Source of the DNA: an uncultured Gemmatimonadaceae bacterium
GTDB lineage: Bacteria; Gemmatimonadota; Gemmatimonadetes; Gemmatimonadales; Gemmatimonadaceae
Direction of reading: 5' to 3'
DNA: 64,000 nt
Assembly: GCA_963740355.1 (NCBI GenBank)
Contig: CAVUDW010000002.1
Span: 1,312,001-1,376,000, forward strand
Part shown: piece after piece, positions 1 through 8,364 of the stretch
How the letters are laid out: every line of letters starts with the position of its first letter
Position numbering within the stretch: position 1 is the stretch's first letter
The notes under the pieces: generated by a model
What the model was told of the DNA's origin: nothing
Database searches by the model: none
Seen by the model: only the letters and a program-made list of their open reading frames with translations
Translations under genes and position numbers: made by a program

Positions 1-346
1 CGGATGGCAACTGTGCTGTGACGAAGACCTTTCCGTCGCGCACCTCGGTGTCCCAGCGTGTGAGCGGATCGAATGCCGGTGCGTGCAGCGCCGCACCGGT
101 CGCGAGGCTGAAGCAAGCGTGGTGCAGGGGACAGCGCACCGTGTCGCCGACCACCAGGCCATCCGCGAGCGGCACGCCGTAGTGTGTGCAGTGCGCGCCG
201 ATGGCGCTGAACGCCCCTGCCGCATGCACCAGCAACACGTGTGAGCCAAAGGCATGCCCATGCAGCATCGCGCCGTCGGCGATCGACGACACGGGCACGC
301 CGTCGGCGAAGTCAGGTCCGGTCAGTTCGGCGGGGATGTCGCCCAT
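1..346 (-). CDS. Rieske [2Fe-2S] domain protein, N-terminal part; runs off the window edge (possibly a Rieske-FAD reductase fusion)
   Basis: Hand translation from ATG at 346: MGDIPAELTGPDF...AIGAHCTHYGVPL...VRCPLHHACF. Has the Rieske CxH and CxxH ligand motifs. Not in the ORF track because it is partial. Confidence 0.85.
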   Translation of the reverse strand, partial: MGDIPAELTGPDFADGVPVSSIADGAMLHGHAFGSHVLLVHAAGAFSAIGAHCTHYGVPLADGLVVGDTVRCPLHHACFSLATGAALHAPAFDPLTRWDTEVRDGKVFVTAQLPS

Positions 347-508
347 GGCAAGGTGTCAGTGTGGGTTGGCCTGTGCCTCGAATGCTGCGTTGTCGTGCAT
401 GAACCCACACGACACGGTCTTCGATCGATCGGAATGACAATACACCACGCTCGACGGCGTGTCGCAGACAGATGAGCCTGCAGCAGGCGTCGGCACCGCA
501 CCGCTGCG

Positions 509-1588
509 CTACGGCCGACTTGTCTCTCGTCGCTTCAGCTCCTCGAGCTGCGTCTCGATCGATGCCGGAACGACGAGACTGTCGGAGATACGTGCAATCT
601 CTTCGGCCTCACGCCACGCGGCCTCCAGTGCCGCAAGCTCGCCGTCCATCGCGCGGCGCTCACTCTCTTCGTGCAGAGCCATCTCGAGCGCCAGCCGGTA
701 TTGCAGTGTCTGCGCGTGCAACACGCCGGGAACCACCGTGACAGCACCAGTTTCGTTGCCGAAGATGCTCTTCTTTCGTGCCCAGCGTTCAGCCCGTTCC
801 GTTGCTCCGAACCGGTTCTGGATGGTGCGGAGCACACTGAGCGGGTCACCGACCTCTTCGAGCAGCGACACGGCGGACTGCACATCGCGCTTCGATCCGC
901 CAAATCGATTGACCGTCGGCATCAGGCGCGCGGCAACACGCATGGCGTGATCGCCGAGCAGCAGATGTGTGCCCTGGACCGACTCGAGCCGCAAGGCGAA
1001 ATCATCCGAGCCGTCGGAGCGCTCGAGGGTGCTCATGCGAGCATGCTTCCGTTGCACCTCGACGGTCGTGCCGTCGGCGAGGGCAATCCGGCCGATCGAT
1101 TTCGTCTGGCGGCCATGCACCAGCGCTTGCCAGAGATTTGCGTTGCCGAACAATCCACCGAAGGAGCCGATGCTCGCGCCAATGGTCAGCATCCCGCCGA
1201 CGATCGTCGCCGCACTCCCAACGACGACCCCGGTGATCAGCAGCTGTCGCTTGCGTCGTGACCCGAACTGGTCGCCATACCGCCACGCTGCCATCTCTGG
1301 ACGCTGCGGCGCCCCGACGCGAATCAGGTCGACGCCCTCGCGCAGCCGCGCCAAGCCGACATTGTCGGTGCTCACGCGGAGGCGGCTGTCCCGAAACCGG
1401 CGCTCGGCCTGCTCGATCGTCTCCCACCGCTCATCGAGGGGCGTCAGGTTCCAGCGTCCGCACGAACGGCAGACGACCCACAGCCTGCCGTTGGCCGCAT
1501 CGAAGGCCAGGCGCGTCCCGACCGGGAAGGTCTCGAACGCCTCGTTTCGGCCCAGATCACCGTTGCAGTGGATACAGGTCGTAAACAT
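509..1588 (-). CDS. Hypothetical protein with N-terminal Zn-ribbon, central hydrophobic segment and C-terminal coiled coil
   Basis: 359-aa ORF; CIHC and CRSC cysteine pairs; hydrophobic LLITGVVVGSAATIVGGMLTIG; E/R/A-rich C-terminus. Confidence 0.7.
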   Translation of the reverse strand: MFTTCIHCNGDLGRNEAFETFPVGTRLAFDAANGRLWVVCRSCGRWNLTPLDERWETIEQAERRFRDSRLRVSTDNVGLARLREGVDLIRVGAPQRPEMAAWRYGDQFGSRRKRQLLITGVVVGSAATIVGGMLTIGASIGSFGGLFGNANLWQALVHGRQTKSIGRIALADGTTVEVQRKHARMSTLERSDGSDDFALRLESVQGTHLLLGDHAMRVAARLMPTVNRFGGSKRDVQSAVSLLEEVGDPLSVLRTIQNRFGATERAERWARKKSIFGNETGAVTVVPGVLHAQTLQYRLALEMALHEESERRAMDGELAALEAAWREAEEIARISDSLVVPASIETQLEELKRRETSRP

Positions 1589-1689
1589 TGGCTCAGCTCA
1601 GGGCCCAGTGCCGCCGCGCGACGGATTTCGTTTCATCTGAATCATAAACAGTCCCGAATGGTCGCTCGCTCAGGAGGGCGGCCTGCCAC

Positions 1690-1718
1690 TTGACAGTGAA
1701 CTGTCACAGCAGCACACT
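1690..1718 (+). promoter_or_regulatory. Putative sigma70 promoter with overlapping palindromic operator (likely TetR autoregulation)
   Basis: TTGACA at 1690-1695, a 17-nt spacer and CACACT at 1713-1718. The inverted repeat TGACAG-tgaa-CTGTCA (1691-1706) covers the -35 box. Confidence 0.55.
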
Positions 1719-1724
1719 ACTGCC

Positions 1725-2336
1725 ATGACGACGACTCCAAATCAGCCGGAGACCACACCCACCCTTCGGGAGCGCCATGCCGCGGCGACCCGTGACCTAC
1801 TCTTGAGCGCGGCCTTCGGCATTCTCACCGGTGAGGCCCGGGACGTGATCTCGCACGAACTGGTCGCCAGCCGGAGCGGCGTCAGCCCGCGCACCGTCTA
1901 TCGCTACTTTCCGACGCAGGCCGACCTCTATCGTGCCCTCTGGGACGAACGCTTGCGCGAGTTCTTCCCGCCAGGCTTTCCCGAGAGCCACGATGTGATC
2001 CCGCAGCGTGCGGTCGAAGCCTTTGCGCGCTTCGAGGAGCATGAGGAGATGCTCCGCACGATCAACTCGTCGCCCGCCGGCTCGAAAATCAGGAATCGCG
2101 GCGGCATCGAAGGCCGCGCCGCGTTCGATGCCGCGCTGGCGCCCCTCTGCGCACATCTCGACCCGGAGCAGCGGCGCCTGGTCGTCGCGGTCTTCGTGGG
2201 CCTGTTCTCGTCGCCCTACTGGCAGGTGCTGCGCGATCGGGCGCAGCTCAGCGGTCCTGATGCACAACGCGCCGTGCACTGGGCGATGCAAGCGTTGCTT
2301 GGCGCTCTCACCAACCTCCCCGGAGTCGTTCCATGA
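1725..2336 (+). CDS. TetR/AcrR family transcriptional regulator
   Basis: N-terminal HTH signature VASRSGVSPRTVYRYFPT; 203 aa. Confidence 0.9.
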   Translation: MTTTPNQPETTPTLRERHAAATRDLLLSAAFGILTGEARDVISHELVASRSGVSPRTVYRYFPTQADLYRALWDERLREFFPPGFPESHDVIPQRAVEAFARFEEHEEMLRTINSSPAGSKIRNRGGIEGRAAFDAALAPLCAHLDPEQRRLVVAVFVGLFSSPYWQVLRDRAQLSGPDAQRAVHWAMQALLGALTNLPGVVP

Positions 2337-2824
2337 CCGTCGCTGCTCCCACCGCCGTTCGTTCGTTCGTCCTTGGCGCTGCCGACACTCGCACTGCGGC
2401 TCCGCTCAACATCGTGGGCGAGGAAACACTGGTCAAAGTCAGCGGCGCCGACAGCGATGGCCTGCTCGCCTTCTTCCACCTCACCGCGCCGCCGATGTCT
2501 GGACCACCGCGGCACGTGCACACCCGAGAGGATGAAGTCTTCTATGTGCTGCAGGGTGAGCTGGTGTTCGAGATCGATGGCGCGTCACATACGGTGCGCC
2601 AAGGCGGAACCGTGTACCTGCGACGCGGAGTTGTCCATGCATACCAGAACTTCACCGACTCCGATGCACAACTGCTGATCGCGACCACCCCGGGCGATTT
2701 TGCAGTATTCTTCGAAGAGATGTCGGCGATGACCCCCGCCGGCGGAATGCCGGAGATGGGGCCACTTCTGGCGCTGCACGAACGATACGGCTTGACCATC
2801 GTGGGACCGCCGATGACGGCGTAG
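2333..2824 (+). CDS. Cupin domain protein (quercetin dioxygenase-like cupin_2)
   Basis: PRHVHTREDEVFYVLQG and GVVHAY cupin metal motifs; ATGA overlap with the TetR gene. Confidence 0.85.
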   Translation: MTVAAPTAVRSFVLGAADTRTAAPLNIVGEETLVKVSGADSDGLLAFFHLTAPPMSGPPRHVHTREDEVFYVLQGELVFEIDGASHTVRQGGTVYLRRGVVHAYQNFTDSDAQLLIATTPGDFAVFFEEMSAMTPAGGMPEMGPLLALHERYGLTIVGPPMTA

Positions 2825-2854
2825 GTCCCTTTCCGGAACCCTTGGCGAACGCGA

Positions 2855-5062
2855 ATGACCTCGTACCATCGTCCCGGTTTCTTCGCAGCTTTCGCCTTCG
2901 TCGCCTCTACTCTCGTCGTCTCATCGTTGCATGGGCAGGGCTCGCCGCCGGTCACCGGCACCGGTCGCGACGCCGCCCGCGGCCCCAGGGTCGCCGTCGT
3001 CCTCAGCGGCGGCGGCGCCAAGGGCATCGCCCACATCGGTGTGCTGAAGGTGCTGGAATCGGAAGGGATCTCCCCCTCGATCGTCACCGGCACCAGCATG
3101 GGCGCGCTGGTGGGTGGGTTGTACGCCATGGGCTACTCCCCCGCAGAACTCGACAGCCTCGTCCGGCGCCTCGACTGGGCGTCGTACTTCAGTGATGCCA
3201 GCGATTACCACTTTCTTGGGATCGACCGGCGTCGTGTTGGCGATCGCACCCTGCTCAGCGTGCCGATGGCGCACTGGCGACCGGCCCTGCCGTCAGGGGC
3301 CATCACCGGGCAGCGAATCTCGCGTCTGCTCAGCAGCCTGACCTGGCCGGCGCAAACCACCCGCGATTTTCGCACGCTGCCGCGCGCCTTCGTCGCCGTC
3401 GCCACTGATATCGAGACGGGCAAGGCCGTCGTACTCGATCACGGTTCGCTCGCGCAGGCGATGCGCGCCAGCATGTCATTGCCGAGCATCTTCGAACCGG
3501 TGCGGCTCGACGGGCGGCTGCTCGTCGATGGCGGCATCGTGCGTAACCTGCCAGCCACGGATGCACGCACACTCGGCGCCGACATCCTCATCTGCAGTGA
3601 CGTGGCGGATCCGCTGGCCAGCGGCGAGGCACTGAACTCGCTCGCGGCGGTGTTGATGCAGACGATCACCTTCCAGATGAATTCGTCCACCGGTGAGCAG
3701 CGGAAGTTGTGCGACATCTACATCCAACCTGACATCAGTGGCCTGACGGCGGCGGACTTCGGCAAGGCCGCACTGATCGTCGCACGCGGTACCACGGCAG
3801 CCGAATCGCTTCGTGCCGACATCCGCGCGCTCAAGGCACGACTGCCAGGCACCGTGGACGTGCCGCGGCACGCGGCATGGGTCGACTCGATTCGGGCACA
3901 GAAGATCGTGATCGAGGGACTGACGGGTCGTGCCGCGCTGCGGGCACGCCGTGCCCTCGAGCTTCGCACCGGCACGTGGCTCACGGCCAGCACCCTCGAT
4001 TCGGCAATGCAGCGCGCGTACGCCACCGAGCTCTATGAGCGGGTGCAGTACCGGCTCGATTCGGAGCAGGCTGATACCACCATCGTCGTCACGGCGGTGT
4101 CGCGGACGCAGGACCGCGCGGGCTTCGGCTTTCGCTTCGATGACAACTACAAGGCGGCGCTCCTCTTCTCGGCGGTGCTGCGCAACCTGGTCGGCTCAGG
4201 GTCCACCACCGAGCTCGAGATGCGGCTCGGTGAGCAGCTGAAGTTTTCGGCCGACTTCGTCTCGTCGAGTGTCGAGAATCCGCGTTATGCCGTCGGCACG
4301 GGCCTCTCCTTCATCCGCACACCGTTGCCGATCTACACCGAGGGACAGCGGGTCGCCGAAGTCTCGCTCTCGGTCGCGCGCACCAGTGCCTTCGTTGGTG
4401 CCAAGCTTGGTATGCACGGCGGCCTTGGACTCGAGATTTCTGGTGAGGCCGCCAGTGCCTCCACGAGTATTGCCATTCGTGATTCGAGCCGGCGCGATGC
4501 GTTCGGCAGCGTTGGACTGGTCTTCGCATGGGATGCCCTCGATCGGCCGGTCTACTCGCGCCGGGGATTTGAGCTGTCGGCGCGATCGGAGTTTGCAGCC
4601 GGCAACACACGCTTCATGCAGCACGTGGGGCGGGCACGCGTCGCGCAGCCGCTGGCATCGCGTGTCACGCTTCTCGTCGATGCCGTTGCAGGCTCGTCCA
4701 CCCGCGGCGAGGCGCTTCCGTTGCATCGATTCTTCCAGCTTGGTGGCGCCTATGCAAGCGTCATGTTCCCCGATCGCCAGATGGGCTTCGTCGGGCTGCG
4801 ACCGGTTGAACAGATTGGCACTTCGGTCGTGCGTGGCGGTGTTGGGCTGCAGTGGGAAGTGCGTCGCAACATCTTTGCGACCGCGCGCACGAACACGGGC
4901 TACGCTGGCAATGTCCTGACCTTCGATCACCGACGCTATCACACGGGATTCGGACTCAGTCTCGGCTCGCTGAGTGCCTTCGGGCCGATTGAACTCACGG
5001 CCAGTGCGCAGGATCGACGCGGCGGAACACGCGTTGAACTCAACATCGGCCGCATGTTCTGA
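2855..5062 (+). CDS. Patatin-like phospholipase fused to a POTRA/Omp85-type beta-barrel (PlpD-like)
   Basis: Signal peptide; GGGAKG oxyanion loop, GTSMG nucleophile, DGG motif; amphipathic beta-strand C-terminal half ending in Phe. Confidence 0.85.
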   Translation: MTSYHRPGFFAAFAFVASTLVVSSLHGQGSPPVTGTGRDAARGPRVAVVLSGGGAKGIAHIGVLKVLESEGISPSIVTGTSMGALVGGLYAMGYSPAELDSLVRRLDWASYFSDASDYHFLGIDRRRVGDRTLLSVPMAHWRPALPSGAITGQRISRLLSSLTWPAQTTRDFRTLPRAFVAVATDIETGKAVVLDHGSLAQAMRASMSLPSIFEPVRLDGRLLVDGGIVRNLPATDARTLGADILICSDVADPLASGEALNSLAAVLMQTITFQMNSSTGEQRKLCDIYIQPDISGLTAADFGKAALIVARGTTAAESLRADIRALKARLPGTVDVPRHAAWVDSIRAQKIVIEGLTGRAALRARRALELRTGTWLTASTLDSAMQRAYATELYERVQYRLDSEQADTTIVVTAVSRTQDRAGFGFRFDDNYKAALLFSAVLRNLVGSGSTTELEMRLGEQLKFSADFVSSSVENPRYAVGTGLSFIRTPLPIYTEGQRVAEVSLSVARTSAFVGAKLGMHGGLGLEISGEAASASTSIAIRDSSRRDAFGSVGLVFAWDALDRPVYSRRGFELSARSEFAAGNTRFMQHVGRARVAQPLASRVTLLVDAVAGSSTRGEALPLHRFFQLGGAYASVMFPDRQMGFVGLRPVEQIGTSVVRGGVGLQWEVRRNIFATARTNTGYAGNVLTFDHRRYHTGFGLSLGSLSAFGPIELTASAQDRRGGTRVELNIGRMF

Positions 5063-5078
5063 TCGCGCCGAGGCGGGG

Positions 5079-5126
5079 AACGACATGAGGGGGCGCGAAC
5101 CATCGTTCGCGCCCCCTCATGTCGTT
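5079..5126. terminator. Perfect 22-bp hairpin between convergent genes (probable bidirectional terminator)
   Basis: aacgacatgagggggcgcgaac-catc-gttcgcgccccctcatgtcgtt. Confidence 0.7.
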
Positions 5127-5141
5127 TGCGAACAGTCAGCG

Positions 5142-7577
5142 TCAGCGCGACATCTTCGACAGGACGTATTGCACCGCCAGATCCGTCGTGCTCCACAGCT
5201 GTATGTCCGCCCCGCTGCCATAACGCATGGCGCCCAATTGGCCCCGATCGAAGCCATAGCTCCACAGCTCGGTGTGGAACCCTGACTGCTCCACCGCGGT
5301 GCGCACCTTCTCCAGAGAACCGCGCAGCTCGGCCATGTAGGCGCTCTCGGTCGCCATACCAGGCTGGCGCGCGCGCTCGATACGATTGGCGACGCCCAGC
5401 AGGAAGAGGTTCGCTTCACGACCCCACACCACGCGCGGTCCATGATAGGGATCCTTCACGAAGCTGTCCCACACCGCTGGCGACGCGTACGCATCGTTCG
5501 CGACCACGGGCCCGATGCGGTCCACGAACAACCCTGCGGGATAGGGGCGCGCAAAGAGGCGAACGTCGCGCAGTGTGTTCGCGACTTCCTCGGCCGTCGA
5601 CGCATCGGTGCGCCCTTCGCCGTCGCCGAGGAAGAGCTGCGTTGCCGGGTCGGTATTGGCGACAGCGATCGGGCGGCGATCTCCATCCAGCGCAACTGCG
5701 AGGAACACCAGCGAATCGGAGACAGCCGCCGCCGTTGTGGATCGTGATTGCCACCACCCGCGCTCAGCCTCGGGCATCGCTGCCAGGCGCGCCTGTGTGG
5801 CTGCGCGCACCTGCGGGCCGCTCAGTGACACCAGGAAATGCCGTGAAGCGCCACGCCAGGTCGTGATGGCGCGCTGCAGCAACGCGGGATCGCGCGCATA
5901 GCGGGCCAGCGGCGTGTTGCCGGTGGTGGCTGAGGCGGTCGCGATGCCAAGCGTGCGCATCGCGGCCAGGATCTGTCCGGTGGCCTCCAGTGCGTGCGGC
6001 ACCCAGATCGTATTGATATCCATCGCGAATCGACCACCGGCGTATCCGGCGCCGCTGTCCCGCCAGCTCGCGGTGGCCCAGCCGTCGGGCTCACGGGGCG
6101 CGAATGCGATCAGGTTGGCTGAGTTGGGGTCGGCTGCGTACGGGGCCGTCAACTGCGCGACCAGCGCCAGCTCGCGCAGCAGCCGCGCGGCGCGCGTGCC
6201 ACCGCCATCGCGCGTGTCGAGCAGAAAGGCGCGCTTGGCGGCGGCGGGTACGGCCGGATCCGTGATCCACCGCGCGACGACGATCGGGAGTTGGTACTCA
6301 TCGTCGATCATGTGGTAGTTCTCTCGCACCACGCGCAGGTCGCGCAGCACCGTGTCGGCGCGGGCCATCAGCGAGTCTGCAGCGCGGCGGTCGCCTGCCT
6401 TTGCGCGCTCGTGGTACTGGTCGATCAGTGCGGCGTATTGCCCCGCGGACTCACGCACGGCCTGATCGCCCAGTGCTTCCTCATGACTGACATCGCCGCG
6501 CGGGGCCAGCTTGCGCAGCGCCGTGGCGATCACCGCCTCGAGCGTCTCATGTTGCCAGATGGGACGCATCATCAGCGCCGTCATCAGCATGTCGCGCCCG
6601 AAGTACGTGGCGTAGGTCGGCAACCCGGCCATCAGCTTCTCGCGTGAGACGAGCAGCTCCACACCGGTGACCTGGCGTTCCATGCGACGCGCACGAATTG
6701 CGAGGGTGTCATCCGGCGCCACCGCGGCGCCGCGTGCACGCGTGGTTTCGAGAAAGGCGAGGAAGTCGGGCGTGAAGATCTGCTGTCGAGTGAGTGGCGT
6801 GAGCGCTCGCGCCGTCGTCGTGAGGTGGACGATGAACGTGATGGATTCGCCCGCGCGTGCCGAGAGTGACAGCGAATCGCCGGCTACGGTCGCTGCGACC
6901 AGGCCAGCATCGCCACGCACTTCGAGCGTGAGCGTGTCACGTGCGTCGAGCGTGACCTGCTGCACGCGCGCGATCCACGCGGCACCGTCGGTGCGCAGGG
7001 CAACTCGCGGATACATGCGCGCCTTCAGCGCCTCGACCGAGTTCGCGTTGAGGCGACGGAGGTGGCGCGCACGATCAGCCGCGGGAAGCTGGCCGAGCGC
7101 CGCGATCAGCCGATCGACTTCAGGGATGAGGTACGGGCCAGCGCTGAAGGCGTCCTTGGCGCGCTCATTGTATTGAAAGTCCCGCTCCACCCGCATCGAG
7201 CCGAGCAGGAACCAGCCGAGGGTGAGCGTGTTGGAGCGCGCGGTGAGCTGGTATTCGAAGTGTCGGGTGCGGCCGGTGCTGCTGACGGTCGCATCGGTGA
7301 CTCCCCAGATGAGTGGTGCGACCTGGCCGCTCGCGTTGCGGGCCGTAAAGCCTATGCTCGCGTTGTCGGCGTCCGCGAGCAGGTGCACCACGCGGGCGCT
7401 GCGTTGATCGATGTAGACCTGCAGGGTGTTGCGTGCCGCATCGCGGTAGAAGCGGGTCTGATAGCCGCGGTAGGCTACGGTGTCGTCGAGGCCAGCGTCG
7501 GGGAACGACAGCACCGGTTTGGCCGGTGTCGGCGGTACCGCGAGCTGCAGCAGCAGCGCGAGGGCGAGGGCGGTCAT
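5142..7577 (-). CDS. Secreted six-hairpin glycosidase, glycogen-debranching (amylo-alpha-1,6-glucosidase)-like
   Basis: Start moved to ATG 7577 (MTALALALLLQLA signal peptide). YFGRD and WRDS motifs resemble GDE_C-type (alpha/alpha)6 enzymes; divergent from susC. Confidence 0.65.
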   Translation of the reverse strand: MTALALALLLQLAVPPTPAKPVLSFPDAGLDDTVAYRGYQTRFYRDAARNTLQVYIDQRSARVVHLLADADNASIGFTARNASGQVAPLIWGVTDATVSSTGRTRHFEYQLTARSNTLTLGWFLLGSMRVERDFQYNERAKDAFSAGPYLIPEVDRLIAALGQLPAADRARHLRRLNANSVEALKARMYPRVALRTDGAAWIARVQQVTLDARDTLTLEVRGDAGLVAATVAGDSLSLSARAGESITFIVHLTTTARALTPLTRQQIFTPDFLAFLETTRARGAAVAPDDTLAIRARRMERQVTGVELLVSREKLMAGLPTYATYFGRDMLMTALMMRPIWQHETLEAVIATALRKLAPRGDVSHEEALGDQAVRESAGQYAALIDQYHERAKAGDRRAADSLMARADTVLRDLRVVRENYHMIDDEYQLPIVVARWITDPAVPAAAKRAFLLDTRDGGGTRAARLLRELALVAQLTAPYAADPNSANLIAFAPREPDGWATASWRDSGAGYAGGRFAMDINTIWVPHALEATGQILAAMRTLGIATASATTGNTPLARYARDPALLQRAITTWRGASRHFLVSLSGPQVRAATQARLAAMPEAERGWWQSRSTTAAAVSDSLVFLAVALDGDRRPIAVANTDPATQLFLGDGEGRTDASTAEEVANTLRDVRLFARPYPAGLFVDRIGPVVANDAYASPAVWDSFVKDPYHGPRVVWGREANLFLLGVANRIERARQPGMATESAYMAELRGSLEKVRTAVEQSGFHTELWSYGFDRGQLGAMRYGSGADIQLWSTTDLAVQYVLSKMSR

Positions 7578-8364
7578 GCCCACACTCGGCGGGATCGGGC
7601 GTCGCTCGGGGCGTGATGCATGGGTCGGGTTCCGCAGGGGGGGTGAAGGACGAAAAACGCGCGCAGCGGTCGCGCGGAATGCTACCCGTCGGTGCGTATT
7701 CGGGCGATGGTTGTGCGGGGCCTGCACGAAATTCTTCCGAAACTCGGCGGTGGTTGCCGATATCGGTGCACGTTTGTGCACACATGCAAGCGAGTGTGCA
7801 GATAACGGAAAGTCAGGTGTGGAGCCGGTTACTCGGTGCGGCGTGCGGTGTTTGGTACCGCATCTTGACATGTCTCGTACCGACGGCGAGCATAGGCCCC
7901 AACAATCCCCCGGCAAAAAGGCGTCCAACCGGTTTTTCTGGTGCGACGCCGCTTGCCATGTCAGTTCCTCACGCCTGAGGTGTGCACTCTCGAGACGTGT
8001 TCAGTAGTGACGCGCCGTCGTGCAGGGCGTCCCCGCGCACAGGGTGCAGCGATAGGCTGCGCCTGCGGGGTGAGTGTGCGACGACCGGGTGCAAGGATCT
8101 GGCCAGTGCGACATGTGTCGCGGCGCGGATCCGACCAATCGGCAAGAGTGCATGAATTCAGCGACGCCCGGAGCGCCGCTTTGGGTGCACTAGGCACCGA
8201 TTGAAGCGACGAGCTGGGCGAGTGATGGAAATACGATGGAATCCGGTTGTGAATTGGTGTGGTCCGCAGTTGCAGGTGCTGTCTCGACGTTCGGTCTCCC
8301 GACCTCCCCGTCTGGAGCGAGCCCGTTTGACAAAACCCTCCGCATGATCCAGGAGAGCAGACGA

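Noticed and set aside
7578..7928. N-terminal extension of the 928-aa ORF (and similar extensions of susC, treA, malQ, the mutarotase and the Gfo gene)
   Set aside because: The extensions are low-complexity or overlap other genes; signal peptides, RBS sites or family N-termini point to the downstream starts.
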